A stretch of DNA of 54,324 nt from a virus (Duplodnaviria > Caudoviricetes). The translations under genes and the position numbers were made by a program. Below, piece after piece: positions 1-10,607 of the stretch. The notes under the pieces were generated by a model. The model did no database searches, was not told the DNA's origin, and saw only the letters and a program-made list of their open reading frames with translations. The stretch spans positions 1-54,324 of IMG/VR virus record IMGVR_UViG_3300037486_000437; one strand, written 5' to 3'. Within the stretch, counting starts at the first letter, position 1. The number at the start of each line of letters is the position of its first letter.

Positions 1-127
1 GGCGGCTGCGTCACCCGCCGCGCAAATGCCAGCGCCTCATCGCTCGTAAAATCCCGCAGCTCGATCGCGCCGGCGGGCAACAAAATACGCGCCGGCTCCA
101 ACACCAGCGCGTCCAAATCCAACCGCG
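1..127. repeat. Terminal overlap, copy 1 (identical to 54198-54324); circular contig
   Basis: First 127 nt are identical to the last 127 nt; the chaperone ORF reads in frame across the junction. Confidence 0.95.
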
Positions 128-149
128 TGAGCTTGTCTTCCTGTACCAT
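1..149 (-). CDS. Tail assembly chaperone (G-like), 5' part; continues across the origin
   Basis: ATG at 149 gives MVQEDKLTRLDLDALVLEP, in frame with ORF 53603-54319; lies between tail tube and tape measure. Confidence 0.7.
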   Translation of the reverse strand, partial: MVQEDKLTRLDLDALVLEPARILLPAGAIELRDFTSDEALAFARRVTQP

Positions 150-191
150 CGTAGTGGTATCTCCCTGTTAGGTTTTGCCAACGCAGGAGCT

Positions 192-245
192 GCCCCCTGC
201 CCCCTGACCCCTGACCCCTGACCCCTGACGCCTGCCCCCTGATCC
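192..245. repeat. Heptamer tandem tract (CCTGACC/CCTGCCC type)
   Basis: Tandem cctgacc/cctgacg/cctgccc units directly downstream of the tail tube stop codon. Confidence 0.9.
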
Positions 246-766
246 CTATTTCTGCAGCATCAACTGCCACGCCCGCTGCTTGGGATCCGCCACGACCTGG
301 TAGGCCTTCAGCACCAGCTCGTATTCCGACTCGGCCCCGTCGGCCAGGTTCAACGTTAGCCCGTTGTCGGCCAACGTGTTGAACAGCTTGATCAGGATCG
401 TCTTGGCGTCGATGGTGGTGCCGACCCAGATCACATCTTTGTGCAGGGAGACACCCAGCACCGCCCCGCCCACATTCGGCCGCAGCGTATACTCGGATGA
501 AGCATCCGAGGTCTGCGTGAGATCCGGCAGCGCCCACACCAGCTTGGTCATCGCCAATTCCTTCAGCGTCAGGGTCAGCGTTGCCGTCTCGCTCGTCACG
601 ATCCCCGTACCGGCGATGGGTCCCAACGTACCGCCCAACTCCGGCCAGTAGATCTCCTGTTCGACCTTGAACTCACCCTCTTTGCTGGTCGCGCCTACGT
701 CGGTGCCGCCGATCAGGGCGGTGCCGACGCCGAGCGCCAGCTTCTGCAGAGTGGTTGCCGAAACAC

Positions 767-770
<4 letters not shown>
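246..770 (-). CDS. Major tail (tube) protein
   Basis: 174 aa, beta-rich, 'LALGVGTALIGGTDVGATSKEGEF' N-terminus typical of siphophage tube proteins; sits before the chaperones and tape measure. Confidence 0.7.
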
Positions 771-1840
<1,070 letters not shown>

Positions 1841-1843
1841 GCC

Positions 1844-2548
1844 CTAGCGCACCGGATGCTCCACCCACGTCTGCGGGTCCGCCCACACCCGGAAGCCCTG
1901 ACTGCGCGCCGCCGCGCACAGCCCCCGATCCACCTGCTCCGGCGTGTAGCGCACCGTACCATCCCGCAGCACGTCCGCCGCGATCAGCGCCGTGCCGCCG
2001 ACCGTCGCCATCTCCAGCAATTCCAGCCCGCAGAACTCCGCCGTGCGCCAGGCCGGGAAGGGCGGCAGGTCGGCGCCGTGCCGGCTGAAGGCCCAGATGT
2101 CGTAAAAGATGTTGTCCCGGAACGTCAGCGGCGCCACGATGGCCACCTGGTGCGCCACCAGCCGGCGCAGCAGCAGCGGGCTGAAGTGGATATCCACCGG
2201 CAACATCAGCACATAGTCCGACCAGGCGTAATCCACGGCATCGAGCGCCGTGTTGAACACCGCCGCCAGCACCGCAAAGCGCCCGGCGTTGACCACCGAG
2301 CCGTAGTGCGGCGTGCCCGTGTGACAGTGCACGATGCGCCGCCGGGCGTCGCTGGCCGCCCAGGCGTCCAGCAGCACGGCCGTGTAATCGACCGAATCGC
2401 CCTCGCACACCACGCAGCGCAGATCCTCGGCCGGCCAGTCCAGCGCCGCCAACTGCGCCCAGTAGCCCGCCAGCAGCCCCGCCGCATCGCGTGCCGGCGT
2501 GCAGATCGTCACGTGCGGACTCCGGCCCCCCGTCCCGCTCACGCGCAT
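1844..2548 (-). CDS. Glycosyltransferase, GT-A fold (GT2/Anp1-like)
   Basis: ICTPARD, CEGDSVD, YVLMLPVDI, VGGTALI, GFRVWADP..VEH motifs. Confidence 0.8.
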   Translation of the reverse strand: MRVSGTGGRSPHVTICTPARDAAGLLAGYWAQLAALDWPAEDLRCVVCEGDSVDYTAVLLDAWAASDARRRIVHCHTGTPHYGSVVNAGRFAVLAAVFNTALDAVDYAWSDYVLMLPVDIHFSPLLLRRLVAHQVAIVAPLTFRDNIFYDIWAFSRHGADLPPFPAWRTAEFCGLELLEMATVGGTALIAADVLRDGTVRYTPEQVDRGLCAAARSQGFRVWADPQTWVEHPVR

Positions 2549-3015
2549 ACCTCCAGGTACGCCTGGCGCTCCCCCAGGCTGCCCCAGCGCCGCACCATGC
2601 GCGCCGGATTGCCCACCACCACCGTCAGCGGCGGGACATCGTCCACCACCACCGCCCCGGCCCCGATGAGCGCCCCCTGCCCCACGCGCACCCCCGGCAG
2701 CAGCACCGCGCCGTTGCCAATGCTCACATCGTCGCCGATCTGCACCGGCTCCAGAGACACCGGCCCACCGACGACCGGATACCGATCATTACAAATCAGC
2801 ACGCCGTGCCCGATGAACACCCGGTCGCCGATCTGCGTCCCGCCGCCGAGCATGGCGTGCGTGCACACATGACAGCCGGCGCCGAGCACCGCCCCGCGCT
2901 GGATCTCCGTGAACGGCCCCACCGTCGTACCGGCCCCGAGCGTACAGCCGTACAAATTCACCAGCTCAGGGTGATGCACCACCACCCCCGGCCCCAGCGC
3001 GCAATCCTCAATCAT
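2539..3015 (-). CDS. Hexapeptide-repeat (left-handed beta-helix) sugar acyltransferase
   Basis: VNLYGC, IGDDVSIGNGAVLLPGVRVGQGALIGAGAVV, VVVGNPAR; start moved to ATG 3015 behind an AGGAGG RBS. Confidence 0.9.
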   Translation of the reverse strand: MIEDCALGPGVVVHHPELVNLYGCTLGAGTTVGPFTEIQRGAVLGAGCHVCTHAMLGGGTQIGDRVFIGHGVLICNDRYPVVGGPVSLEPVQIGDDVSIGNGAVLLPGVRVGQGALIGAGAVVVDDVPPLTVVVGNPARMVRRWGSLGERQAYLEVCA

Positions 3016-3059
3016 GCCCCTCTGCCTCCTGTCCCCTGCCCCCTGACCCCTGCCCCCCG

Positions 3060-3485
3060 TCAAATCACCCGATCCACCCAGCGCAGCCGAAAGCCCAGCA
3101 GGCAGCGATACCAACCCGTCTCCGGCTCGCGCACATCCATCGGCCCGGTCGTCTGCCAGCAGTGCGCCAGGCGGCCTGTACCGCCCGTTACAGTGACATC
3201 CAGCGGCCCGAGGCCGCTCAGTGCCACCCGCACCGTGCGCGCCAGCGCCCGTGCGCTCGCCGGCGTCGGCCCGTAGCAGTGCAGCCATACGTCCGTGTCG
3301 AACAGCGCCGCCAGCGCATCGGCCGGCCCGCCATCCTCGAGCACCAGGATCGCCTGCGTCGCGCCCCGGTAGGTGTCCGGCAGCCCCGGCGGCCCGTACA
3401 GCCGCGTACTGGTCAGCGCCGCCACCGTCGAGCGCCCGGCCAGCAGCGCCAGCGTCGCCTCCAACGTGTCCAGCCCCGTGGTCAT
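3060..3485 (-). CDS. Tail terminator / tail completion protein
   Basis: 141 aa with 'TRLYG', 'VWLHCYG..A.ALA..V..AL' and 'EPETGWYR' pattern; position in the head-tail block. Confidence 0.65.
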   Translation of the reverse strand: MTTGLDTLEATLALLAGRSTVAALTSTRLYGPPGLPDTYRGATQAILVLEDGGPADALAALFDTDVWLHCYGPTPASARALARTVRVALSGLGPLDVTVTGGTGRLAHCWQTTGPMDVREPETGWYRCLLGFRLRWVDRVI

Positions 3486-3486
3486 C

Positions 3487-3981
3487 TCACAGCCCCTCCG
3501 GGATGCCCGGCTTGAACGTCGCGAATGAACGCATGAGCAGGTTCACCCGCCGGCCGGTATAGCCACCCGTGAAGAAAGCCCGACTCGTCGAGCGGGCAAT
3601 CTCCGCCATGTGCTGATTCGCCAACTTGGCCGCCGGCTCCAGCCACGGATAGCGCCAGAAGTTACCCGCCGGGCTGGTCCAGCCCACTTCCAAGTACGTG
3701 CCGTAATCCACATCGGTATAGACCTGCACCGTCTTGAGAAAGCCCTGCTCGACCCGCCTTGTCATAATACTGCGCGCCAGTTTGCCGGTGTCCCAGTGCT
3801 CCGGAAAGGGCGGTGGGCGATGCGGATGCGGCCCCGGTCCTTTGCCCGGCGTCACGTTGAGGATGGCGTACTTCTGCGCCAGCGCGCCCAACTGCTCGGC
3901 GAACGCCCACGCAAAGCCATCGCCCATCGCCTGCACCTCGCGCGTCCGCATGTTGACCTCCACCTTCGCTGTCATGCGCAT
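3487..3981 (-). CDS. HK97 gp10-like tail component
   Basis: DTGKLARSI, DVDYGTYLEVG and PWLEPA motifs. Confidence 0.8.
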   Translation of the reverse strand: MRMTAKVEVNMRTREVQAMGDGFAWAFAEQLGALAQKYAILNVTPGKGPGPHPHRPPPFPEHWDTGKLARSIMTRRVEQGFLKTVQVYTDVDYGTYLEVGWTSPAGNFWRYPWLEPAAKLANQHMAEIARSTSRAFFTGGYTGRRVNLLMRSFATFKPGIPEGL

Positions 3982-4223
3982 GGCGTCTTCTCCCGTTCTC
4001 CCACTCTCGTCCCCGCCTTGCCGGCGGCCAGTTGCCCAGACCGACCGCCGGGCTTCAAGGAGGGAGCGGACCTATGTCGTCAGTCCGTCCAGACAGCCGC
4101 CATCTATGACAACCCTCGTTTGATCTGTTCTGATCTCAGTTTCCCCATCATAGATCGCGGCTCGCTGCGCGCACTGACCCCTGACCCCTGACCCCTGCCT
4201 CCTGCCCCCTGCCCCCTGTCGCC

Positions 4224-4628
4224 TCACGCCGTCACCGCCGCCCGCAGCAGGCTCAGCTCCAACAGCCGGCCCAGACTCCCGCCGGCGTCGGTCACATGCT
4301 GGATATCGAACGGCCCGGCGTCGATGGTCGTGCCGTCCGCCCGTTTGACCGTCGTCACCCGGTACTCGGCGCTCGCGCCATACGTCGCCAGCTCGCTGCG
4401 CCAGGCCAGGAAGAGCGTATAGTACAGCACCGGCGCGCCTTCGTTCTGCCGGTTGACCTCCTCGCCGCCATACCCGCCGCGCGCGGGCTGCGCATCCAGC
4501 CGGCAGGCGACCCCCGTCGTCGCAGCCGCCCACGTCGTCGTGCCGTGGCCATAGCCGGCCGCGCTGCCCGCGCCCTCGGTGCGCTTTTGCAGCGTGCAGG
4601 TGTGGATCAACAGACTCGTAATGCTCAC
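4224..4628 (-). CDS. Head closure / head-tail adaptor
   Basis: 'LLIHTCTLQK..GYG..W....VACRL'; GTG start at 4628; gene order. Confidence 0.65.
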   Translation of the reverse strand: MSITSLLIHTCTLQKRTEGAGSAAGYGHGTTTWAAATTGVACRLDAQPARGGYGGEEVNRQNEGAPVLYYTLFLAWRSELATYGASAEYRVTTVKRADGTTIDAGPFDIQHVTDAGGSLGRLLELSLLRAAVTA

Positions 4629-4653
4629 CGACTCCTGCCCCCTGACCCCTGTC

Positions 4654-5025
4654 TCACTCCGCCCAGAAGCTCGCCGCCTGCTTGCCCACATTCGCCAACA
4701 GCCCGGACGTATCCAGCAGCTTGACCTGCTGGCCGTAGAACGTCGCATCCAGCCCCAGCCCCGTCTGGCCCTGATACGTCACGGAGTAGGACCCCAGCGC
4801 CTCCTGCTGCGCCCGCATATCCCGCGTGCTCAGCAGATGCGCCGCCAGCCACATCTCGATATCTTCCAGCACATCGCTCGCCAGCCCGGCTGTTGCCAGC
4901 GTCGCCGACACCAGCCGGCTGGCCGAATTGATGAACGCATTCACCTGCGCCTCGGTGAGCGTCGTCTGGATGATCTCGCTCACCTCGGCATACGTTGTCC
5001 GCGCTGTACTGATCAGCGTCGCCAT
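4654..5025 (-). CDS. Head-tail connector protein
   Basis: 'IEMWLAAHLL..EALGSYSVTY..GLDATFYGQ' motif typical of connector proteins. Confidence 0.7.
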   Translation of the reverse strand: MATLISTARTTYAEVSEIIQTTLTEAQVNAFINSASRLVSATLATAGLASDVLEDIEMWLAAHLLSTRDMRAQQEALGSYSVTYQGQTGLGLDATFYGQQVKLLDTSGLLANVGKQAASFWAE

Positions 5026-5041
5026 ACGTCCACCTCGTTCG

Positions 5042-5605
5042 TTATGCCGGCTTAGCGGCCGCCACTTCCAACGCCGTGACCTTCGCCAGCAACACATCCA
5101 CCGCGCCGGCCAGCTTGCCGACCTGCGTCAGGAGATCCACGGTCGCCACACTGGCGCCGGTTTGCATGGCGCCCTGCGCCACCCCCGCCGTGCCCTGGCT
5201 GGCCGCCGAAGTGCCCGGCACCGCCGCCACCGCGGCGTCGATGGCCTTCTTCGCCGCGTTGTCGATCTGATTCGCCACCTGCGCGCCCATTGAGTTCTGC
5301 GAAATCTGCGCCGTCAACGCCCCGGCCAGCACCAGGTTCTGCAGCGCCGCCGCGGCATCCGTGCCGCGGGCCGACGCCAGCGCACCGGCATTGCCGATGA
5401 TCGCGCTGACCGTGGCCGCATCCTGCGCCAACCGGTTGACAATCTGCTGGTTCTGCTCGACCTGCTTCAGCGAGAACGCCTTCCACGCATCGTTGAACTC
5501 CTGCTCGCGCTTGACATCGTTCTGCATCGCTTCCCACATCGCATCGACCTTCGCCATCCAGGCATTGGTCATTTGCTGTTGGCTCTGTTCCTCTGGAGTT
5601 GGCAT
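5042..5605 (-). CDS. Hypothetical Ala/Gln-rich helical protein
   Basis: ATG with AGGAGG RBS; inside the late operon. Confidence 0.6.
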   Translation of the reverse strand: MPTPEEQSQQQMTNAWMAKVDAMWEAMQNDVKREQEFNDAWKAFSLKQVEQNQQIVNRLAQDAATVSAIIGNAGALASARGTDAAAALQNLVLAGALTAQISQNSMGAQVANQIDNAAKKAIDAAVAAVPGTSAASQGTAGVAQGAMQTGASVATVDLLTQVGKLAGAVDVLLAKVTALEVAAAKPA

Positions 5606-5614
5606 CCTGTCCTC

Positions 5615-5908
5615 CTACTGGACTGATCGCTTAACCTTGCGCTTGCTCGCGCCGCCCACCTGCGGCGCCGGCTTGGCGGCCGCAATCTCGACCGCTGCTG
5701 ACTCCTGACCCCTGACTCCTGACTCCTGATACCATCCCGATGGTGTTCCGGGACTCCTGACTCCTGACTCCTGCGGCCCATCCGGCAACCGCAGCAGCTT
5801 GTCGGCGAAGCCCGCCGCCGCCGCCTCGCCCAGCTCCACCACGGCGCCCGGCCCATACTGCCGCTGGGCGCCGTGGTTGCAACCTGGCCGCACCTGGTAC
5901 AGTGGCAT
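5615..5908 (-). CDS. Small head-associated hypothetical protein with in-frame heptamer tracts
   Basis: 'YGPGAVVELGEAAA' motif of small post-capsid proteins; GGAGG RBS; QESGVRS repeats. Confidence 0.55.
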   Translation of the reverse strand: MPLYQVRPGCNHGAQRQYGPGAVVELGEAAAAGFADKLLRLPDGPQESGVRSPGTPSGWYQESGVRGQESAAVEIAAAKPAPQVGGASKRKVKRSVQ

Positions 5909-5923
5909 ACGCCACCTCCCGCT

Positions 5924-6943
5924 CTAGGTCTTGGCCGCCACGACCAGCAGGCCGGTATTCCCGCCGCCGGTCAGCGCGCCGTTCGCTAGGTAGAGCACGC
6001 CCCGGTCGTTCGTGTCCCAGTCCGTCGCACCGAGACAGAAGCAATCCTTGAGTAGGATGTAGTTCGTCTCAGCCGTCATCGAAGCCGGGATCGTGAAGAC
6101 CTCGGTCATGGTATACGTGCGGCAGGAGTTGATGAATAGGCAATCTTTGAAGATCGTCCAGCGCCCGATGCCGTCGTTATCCACGATCTCGACCAGCTTG
6201 ACCCCGGCATGGCCGGCGTAGAGCTGGAAGATGCAGTCCTCGAAGATGTTGCGCGAGGCCGCGCCGTCGAACAGCAGCGCCGCCATACCCGTTGCCGCCA
6301 CCGTCGTATCCACGCCGATCGTGCAGTTAGCGAAACGGTTCTCGCTGCCGCCGTCGATCAGCAGGCTGGCCCCGCCGTCGATGGCCTGTGTCGCATGGCC
6401 GCCGCCGGCGAAGTGCACCCGGTTGAAGTAGTTGCGGCTCCCGGTCACGCTGACGTTGATCAGCGTGCTGGCGTCATCTTGCCCCTGCCAGATCATGACA
6501 TTGGAGATGATGCAGCCGTAGCCGCTGAAGGTGAAGAACGGCGACATATCGTTGCTGCCGCTGTCCACCGCGCCGCACAGGATGCGCGTGCGTGAGGCGA
6601 TGCCGGTCGGCGCGCCCAGCCCGATCAGATGCGTCAGGTTCTTGCTCCAGGCAAGCGCCGTCAGCTCCGCCGTGCCGGCCGCCGCCGCCAACACGCACAC
6701 CACGTCGTTCTTGCCCGTGGTCGTCTTGGCATAGGCCGCCGTGACGGTCTTCAGCGGCAGCGTCCAGGCCGCGCCGTCGTTGGTGTCCGCGCCGTTGGTG
6801 CCGTCCACGAAGTACCAGGTGCCGCCGGGCGGGATCATGCTGGCCGCCGAGGCCAGCGTGGCGTCGATCAGGTCGCTGTTCTGATCCTGCGGATCGGCGC
6901 TCAAGAACTGCGCCTTGAGCACCGCCGGGGTTTTGACAGTCAT
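5924..6943 (-). CDS. Right-handed beta-helix (pectin-lyase-like) virion protein
   Basis: 'WYFVDGTNGADTNDG..W..PLKTV..A' cap followed by repeated N-x-F-x-x-C rungs. Confidence 0.65.
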   Translation of the reverse strand: MTVKTPAVLKAQFLSADPQDQNSDLIDATLASAASMIPPGGTWYFVDGTNGADTNDGAAWTLPLKTVTAAYAKTTTGKNDVVCVLAAAAGTAELTALAWSKNLTHLIGLGAPTGIASRTRILCGAVDSGSNDMSPFFTFSGYGCIISNVMIWQGQDDASTLINVSVTGSRNYFNRVHFAGGGHATQAIDGGASLLIDGGSENRFANCTIGVDTTVAATGMAALLFDGAASRNIFEDCIFQLYAGHAGVKLVEIVDNDGIGRWTIFKDCLFINSCRTYTMTEVFTIPASMTAETNYILLKDCFCLGATDWDTNDRGVLYLANGALTGGGNTGLLVVAAKT

Positions 6944-6961
6944 GGTTGCAGCTCCTTCCAG

Positions 6962-7990
6962 CTATGCGCCGGTGGCGTGCACCACGCCGCTCTTGCCGTC
7001 GTAGTCGGCCTTCACGCGCGGCGTACCGACCGCCATGACCTTGAAGTGGCTGGTCATGCCGTCGCCGGAGGCCCACTCCAACGTCTGGAGCGCCAGCGCC
7101 TCGGCCCAGTCGATCACGTTGCGGCTCAGCTCGAACAGCACCACCTCGCCGGCCTGCAACGTCGCGCACATCTGCACTTCGGCGATGTTGGCCAACGCCT
7201 GGATGCGCTGCAGGGCAGTCTGCCCGCTGCCATCGGTGTAGAACGCCAGCGCCGCCTGGTTGTACTGCGTCGGATAGACCAGGATGCCGAACGGCCCATA
7301 GAAGCCGTCGGCATTGGCCGCGTTGAGCATGCCGGCGATGGTCGGGGTCACATTCGAGATCGTGCCCCAGTCGCCGCCGCCGTAGTTGGCCGCGGTGTCG
7401 GTGTTGCGGTTGGCGTGGCTGGTCAGGCCGGCGATGCTATCGCCGTTCAGCGAGATCGAAGTCGAGCCGTCGATGATCAGGCTTTCGATCATCTCGGCCA
7501 CCACCCGGCCCGCCTCGGCCCCGGCCGTCACGTCGATGGAATCGCCCAGTCGGCGGCTGGCTTCCAGATGCCGGGCGCCGATGCTGAACTCCTTGAAAAT
7601 GACCGGCACCGGCACGCCCTTCAGGAGGTACTCAGGCAGATCGTTCTCGCCCTTGCCCTGGCCCGTCAGGTTGACGGTCGCGGCGGTCATGGCGCTAGAG
7701 ACGTTCCACTGGCTCACCAGCGACCCCAGCCCGCCCAAGCGCGCGGTCAGCCCGCGCCGGCGCAGCAGATCCAGCGCCGTCAGCCGCGTCTTCGCCGCGC
7801 TCACCACCGCGGCGTCCAGCTCCTCCCACTCCAGCTTGCGCAAGAGCGAGTTGACCGTCAGACCGCGCGGCGTCAGGATCTTGGCCTCGCCGGTTTTGGC
7901 GTTGATGATGGGCCGGCCGCCGCCATAGACGGCAGCCAACCCAGCCTGCGAATTGATACTCAGAATATCGGCGTTCATGCGCTCGCTCAT
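6962..7990 (-). CDS. Major capsid protein (HK97 fold, encapsulin/linocin-like subgroup)
   Basis: 342 aa; 'EWEELDAAVV', 'VPVPVIFKEFSIGARHLEASRR', 'AGRVVAEMIESLIIDG'; follows protease and decoration genes. Confidence 0.85.
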   Translation of the reverse strand: MSERMNADILSINSQAGLAAVYGGGRPIINAKTGEAKILTPRGLTVNSLLRKLEWEELDAAVVSAAKTRLTALDLLRRRGLTARLGGLGSLVSQWNVSSAMTAATVNLTGQGKGENDLPEYLLKGVPVPVIFKEFSIGARHLEASRRLGDSIDVTAGAEAGRVVAEMIESLIIDGSTSISLNGDSIAGLTSHANRNTDTAANYGGGDWGTISNVTPTIAGMLNAANADGFYGPFGILVYPTQYNQAALAFYTDGSGQTALQRIQALANIAEVQMCATLQAGEVVLFELSRNVIDWAEALALQTLEWASGDGMTSHFKVMAVGTPRVKADYDGKSGVVHATGA

Positions 7991-8445
7991 GCGACCCTCA
8001 CCTTCAGCCGTGCCTGGCTGCCCGTGGTGTTGTTCAGATCCTCATCGGCGTAGGCGATAATCGCCCCCGCCGCCGGGGTAATCTGCAAGCCGCCTGCGCC
8101 ATCCGAGGTCAAGGCCAGGCCCTTCGTGGCGTTGTTGCCGGTTTCCAGAAACGCATAAATCTGATCGCCCGGCTGGGCCCACACGAAGCGCACCGTCTCA
8201 TCGGCGGCATAGGCATGGTCGATGGCCGCCTCGGTCGTGGTCGGCTTGTAGAACGGATTCTCGACCGCGAACATCGGCGCCCCTGGCGCGTCGTCATTGG
8301 CGTGCAGGATCAGCTTACCGGACGACCACTCGATCAGATGCCCCGGCTTGATCGTCGCCGGCGTGGCGAGGCCCTCCATGACCGGGCGCGCGGCGCCCTC
8401 CTCGTTGGTCTGTAGCACAATCACGTGCGGTGTTGAGCTTGCCAT
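7987..8445 (-). CDS. Capsid decoration/cement protein
   Basis: IKPGHL, YAADETV, LTSDGAGGL pattern; lies between protease and capsid. Confidence 0.7.
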   Translation of the reverse strand: MASSTPHVIVLQTNEEGAARPVMEGLATPATIKPGHLIEWSSGKLILHANDDAPGAPMFAVENPFYKPTTTEAAIDHAYAADETVRFVWAQPGDQIYAFLETGNNATKGLALTSDGAGGLQITPAAGAIIAYADEDLNNTTGSQARLKVRVA

Positions 8446-9719
8446 CACTTCACCTCCGGTGCCGCAAGCACCTGCCACTCATTGTCCACCACGCTGCCGC
8501 GCGGCCCACCGCGGCCCGCATAGTTCGCGGCCGGCGCATCCGCCGGCCGCAGCGCGTCCGCCAGCTTGCGCAGCGTCGCCGTCGGCCAGCCGGCCAGCTC
8601 CTCGGGCGTAAACGTCGCCCGCCCGTTGGCCTGCAATTCGGCCAGCAGCCCCGCCCGCTCCGCATCCTGGTTGGTCTTCAGCCCCACCAGCGCCTCACGC
8701 AGCGCGGCCGCCCCGCCGAACTCCGTCACCATCGCCGCCAACTGGCCAGCCAGTGCGTTGACGGCTGGCTCCTCTGCCTGGACCGCAACCGCAGCCTCGC
8801 CTACCACAGCAGGCGCAACCTCAGCCTCGGCCTTTGCCTCGTCCATAACCTTACCTCCTGATCCAAGTGGCCCCGCCGCCTCGGCCGGCGTACTAGAGCC
8901 TATCGCCACCGAGCCGGCTGCGTTGGCCGTGGTACGGGCCACGCCTGGCGCAACGTCTCGATTGCTCCCATCGTCTGACTCCTGACTCCTGTCCCCTGAC
9001 TCCTGACTCCTGACCCCTGACCCCTGACCCCCGTCCCCTGCCTCCTGATCCCTGGCCCCTGACTCCTCATTCACCCGCGGCGCGCCGCAGCCATCCTCCC
9101 AACTACACGCGCCCTTGCTATGCGGCAGCAGCGCCAGATGATCGGGCCGCAGATTGCGCGCAATGCCCACATACGGCTTGCCGGCCAGCTCGCCCGGCGC
9201 GCTCTCGAAATCCCGGAAATAGGCCGTGCTCACCTCCACCGGCCCGCCCGCCTCCAGCAGCTCCAGCAGCCCGCCGTAGCCCATCGCCGTCATCTTGGCG
9301 CTGTCCAGCCACATCTCGCCGCGCAATTTGCCGTCAGGCCCCTGTACCGCCCCGTACAGCCGCCCCGCCAGCGTCCGCTCCAACACCGCCGGCGTGCGGG
9401 CCGAGATCGGCATCCCGCGCTCCCTGGGGTGCTCGATGGGGATCGGCACGTCGTTCCACAGCAGCACGCTGGCCGCCACCTCAGTTGCCGGCACCAGCTC
9501 GTCATTGAGCACGCCCGGATTCAGCGCCACCACCGGCACGACGAGGCGCTCCCGGCCATCCAGCATCTCCCGGCGCACGCAGCACGTCGCCTCCGCCAGG
9601 TTGATGCGCAGCTCGCCGGCGTGCCCTGGCGTGTCAGCCTGCCCCAGGCGTTGCGCTATGTCAAGCGTCGTGGTCGTCGTGTCGTCCATCGGCCTCATCC
9701 TCGCCGGCAAAACCGACAC
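8445..9719 (-). CDS. Prohead protease/scaffold (DUF2213-like)
   Basis: PIPIEHP, EVSTAY, RPDHLALLP..GACSW..GCG; acidic scaffold C-terminus. Start may be 9689-9698. Confidence 0.8.
   Translation of the reverse strand: MSVLPARMRPMDDTTTTTLDIAQRLGQADTPGHAGELRINLAEATCCVRREMLDGRERLVVPVVALNPGVLNDELVPATEVAASVLLWNDVPIPIEHPRERGMPISARTPAVLERTLAGRLYGAVQGPDGKLRGEMWLDSAKMTAMGYGGLLELLEAGGPVEVSTAYFRDFESAPGELAGKPYVGIARNLRPDHLALLPHSKGACSWEDGCGAPRVNEESGARDQEAGDGGQGSGVRSQESGDRSQESDDGSNRDVAPGVARTTANAAGSVAIGSSTPAEAAGPLGSGGKVMDEAKAEAEVAPAVVGEAAVAVQAEEPAVNALAGQLAAMVTEFGGAAALREALVGLKTNQDAERAGLLAELQANGRATFTPEELAGWPTATLRKLADALRPADAPAANYAGRGGPRGSVVDNEWQVLAAPEVK
8976..9066. repeat. In-frame heptamer tract in the protease-scaffold linker
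   Basis: About 13 units encoding ESGARDQEAGDGGQGSGVRSQESGDRSQES. Confidence 0.9.
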
Positions 9720-9737
9720 ATTGTCGGCTTTGCCCCC

Positions 9738-9953
9738 TCAGCCCTCAATCTCCCGCAACTTGCGCGCCCGCTTCGCCTGCACCGTGGCCTGCGTCGTGAA
9801 CGCCGCAAACACCACCGCCAGCAGCGCCGACAACGCGGCCCACAGCTCCACCGGGAAGCCCGGATAGAACAGGAAGAGCAGCGTTTGTACGACCATCAAA
9901 ATTGCCGTCCAGAACTTAGGATCATGCACCAGGATCGCCAGTGTCTCGCTCAC
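9738..9953 (-). CDS. Putative holin
   Basis: 71 aa, 'PKFW' followed by two TM helices and a basic C-terminus. Confidence 0.6.
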   Translation of the reverse strand: MSETLAILVHDPKFWTAILMVVQTLLFLFYPGFPVELWAALSALLAVVFAAFTTQATVQAKRARKLREIEG

Positions 9954-9965
9954 ACCTACCTCCTA

Positions 9966-10577
9966 CTATGCCCCCAGATGCTCAGCCAGCCGGCCCACCT
10001 GCGCCGCCAGCCCGTTGATCGCCGCAATCACGCCCGTCAGATCGCTGCCGCCTGGCTCTGGCTCCGGGTCAGGGTCAGGATCGGGGTCTGGTGTAACCGC
10101 CCCCTCGACAATCTGGAACGTCAGCCGCCCAGGACAGGCATGATCGGTGCCGCCCAGCCAGCCCAAGCCGGTGACAGCGTCGGACGGGAACGACGGCGAA
10201 AGCACCCAGAACTCATACGGCCCGCTTTCGTGGATCACGCCGCCGGCGCCGTAGGGGAAACCGATGTCCCCATTGCCGTTGGTTTTCTCGACAATCGCCC
10301 TGGCATGGTAGACGGATTGCAGGCCCACGCCCACGAGGGAGGTTGACCGCTCATCCGCTTCGGCGCCGGGCCACCACTGCGCCACCGGCTGGCCAGCCTG
10401 CGGCGCGCCGTTGGGATCGCGCACGTTGACGATGAACACGGCCGGGCCAATCGTCTCGTCCACCCGCACGAGGCGGAAAGCTGTCCCGACTGGTGCGTCC
10501 ATCATGCCACACTTGTACTTGGCGGTGAGCCAGGCCCAATCCCGTTGGGCGCCAGTGTAGTCAAAGACCTGTACCAT
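9966..10577 (-). CDS. Hypothetical protein (Ig/transthyretin-like domain plus PD/PE linker)
   Basis: 'VNVRDPNGAP..G..V', 'TNGNGDIGF', PDPDPDPEPEP; immediately upstream of the holin-like gene. Confidence 0.55.
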   Translation of the reverse strand: MVQVFDYTGAQRDWAWLTAKYKCGMMDAPVGTAFRLVRVDETIGPAVFIVNVRDPNGAPQAGQPVAQWWPGAEADERSTSLVGVGLQSVYHARAIVEKTNGNGDIGFPYGAGGVIHESGPYEFWVLSPSFPSDAVTGLGWLGGTDHACPGRLTFQIVEGAVTPDPDPDPDPEPEPGGSDLTGVIAAINGLAAQVGRLAEHLGA

Positions 10578-10607
10578 GTAGCCTCCCTGCTGCTCCAGCC
10601 CCCCAGC

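Noticed and set aside
1-127. 127-bp terminal repeat as a biological direct terminal repeat
   Set aside because: It falls mid-gene and its length equals a common assembler k-mer; it only indicates circularity.
6962-7990. Encapsulin nanocompartment
   Set aside because: Context (portal, protease, decoration, connector) shows it is the phage major capsid.
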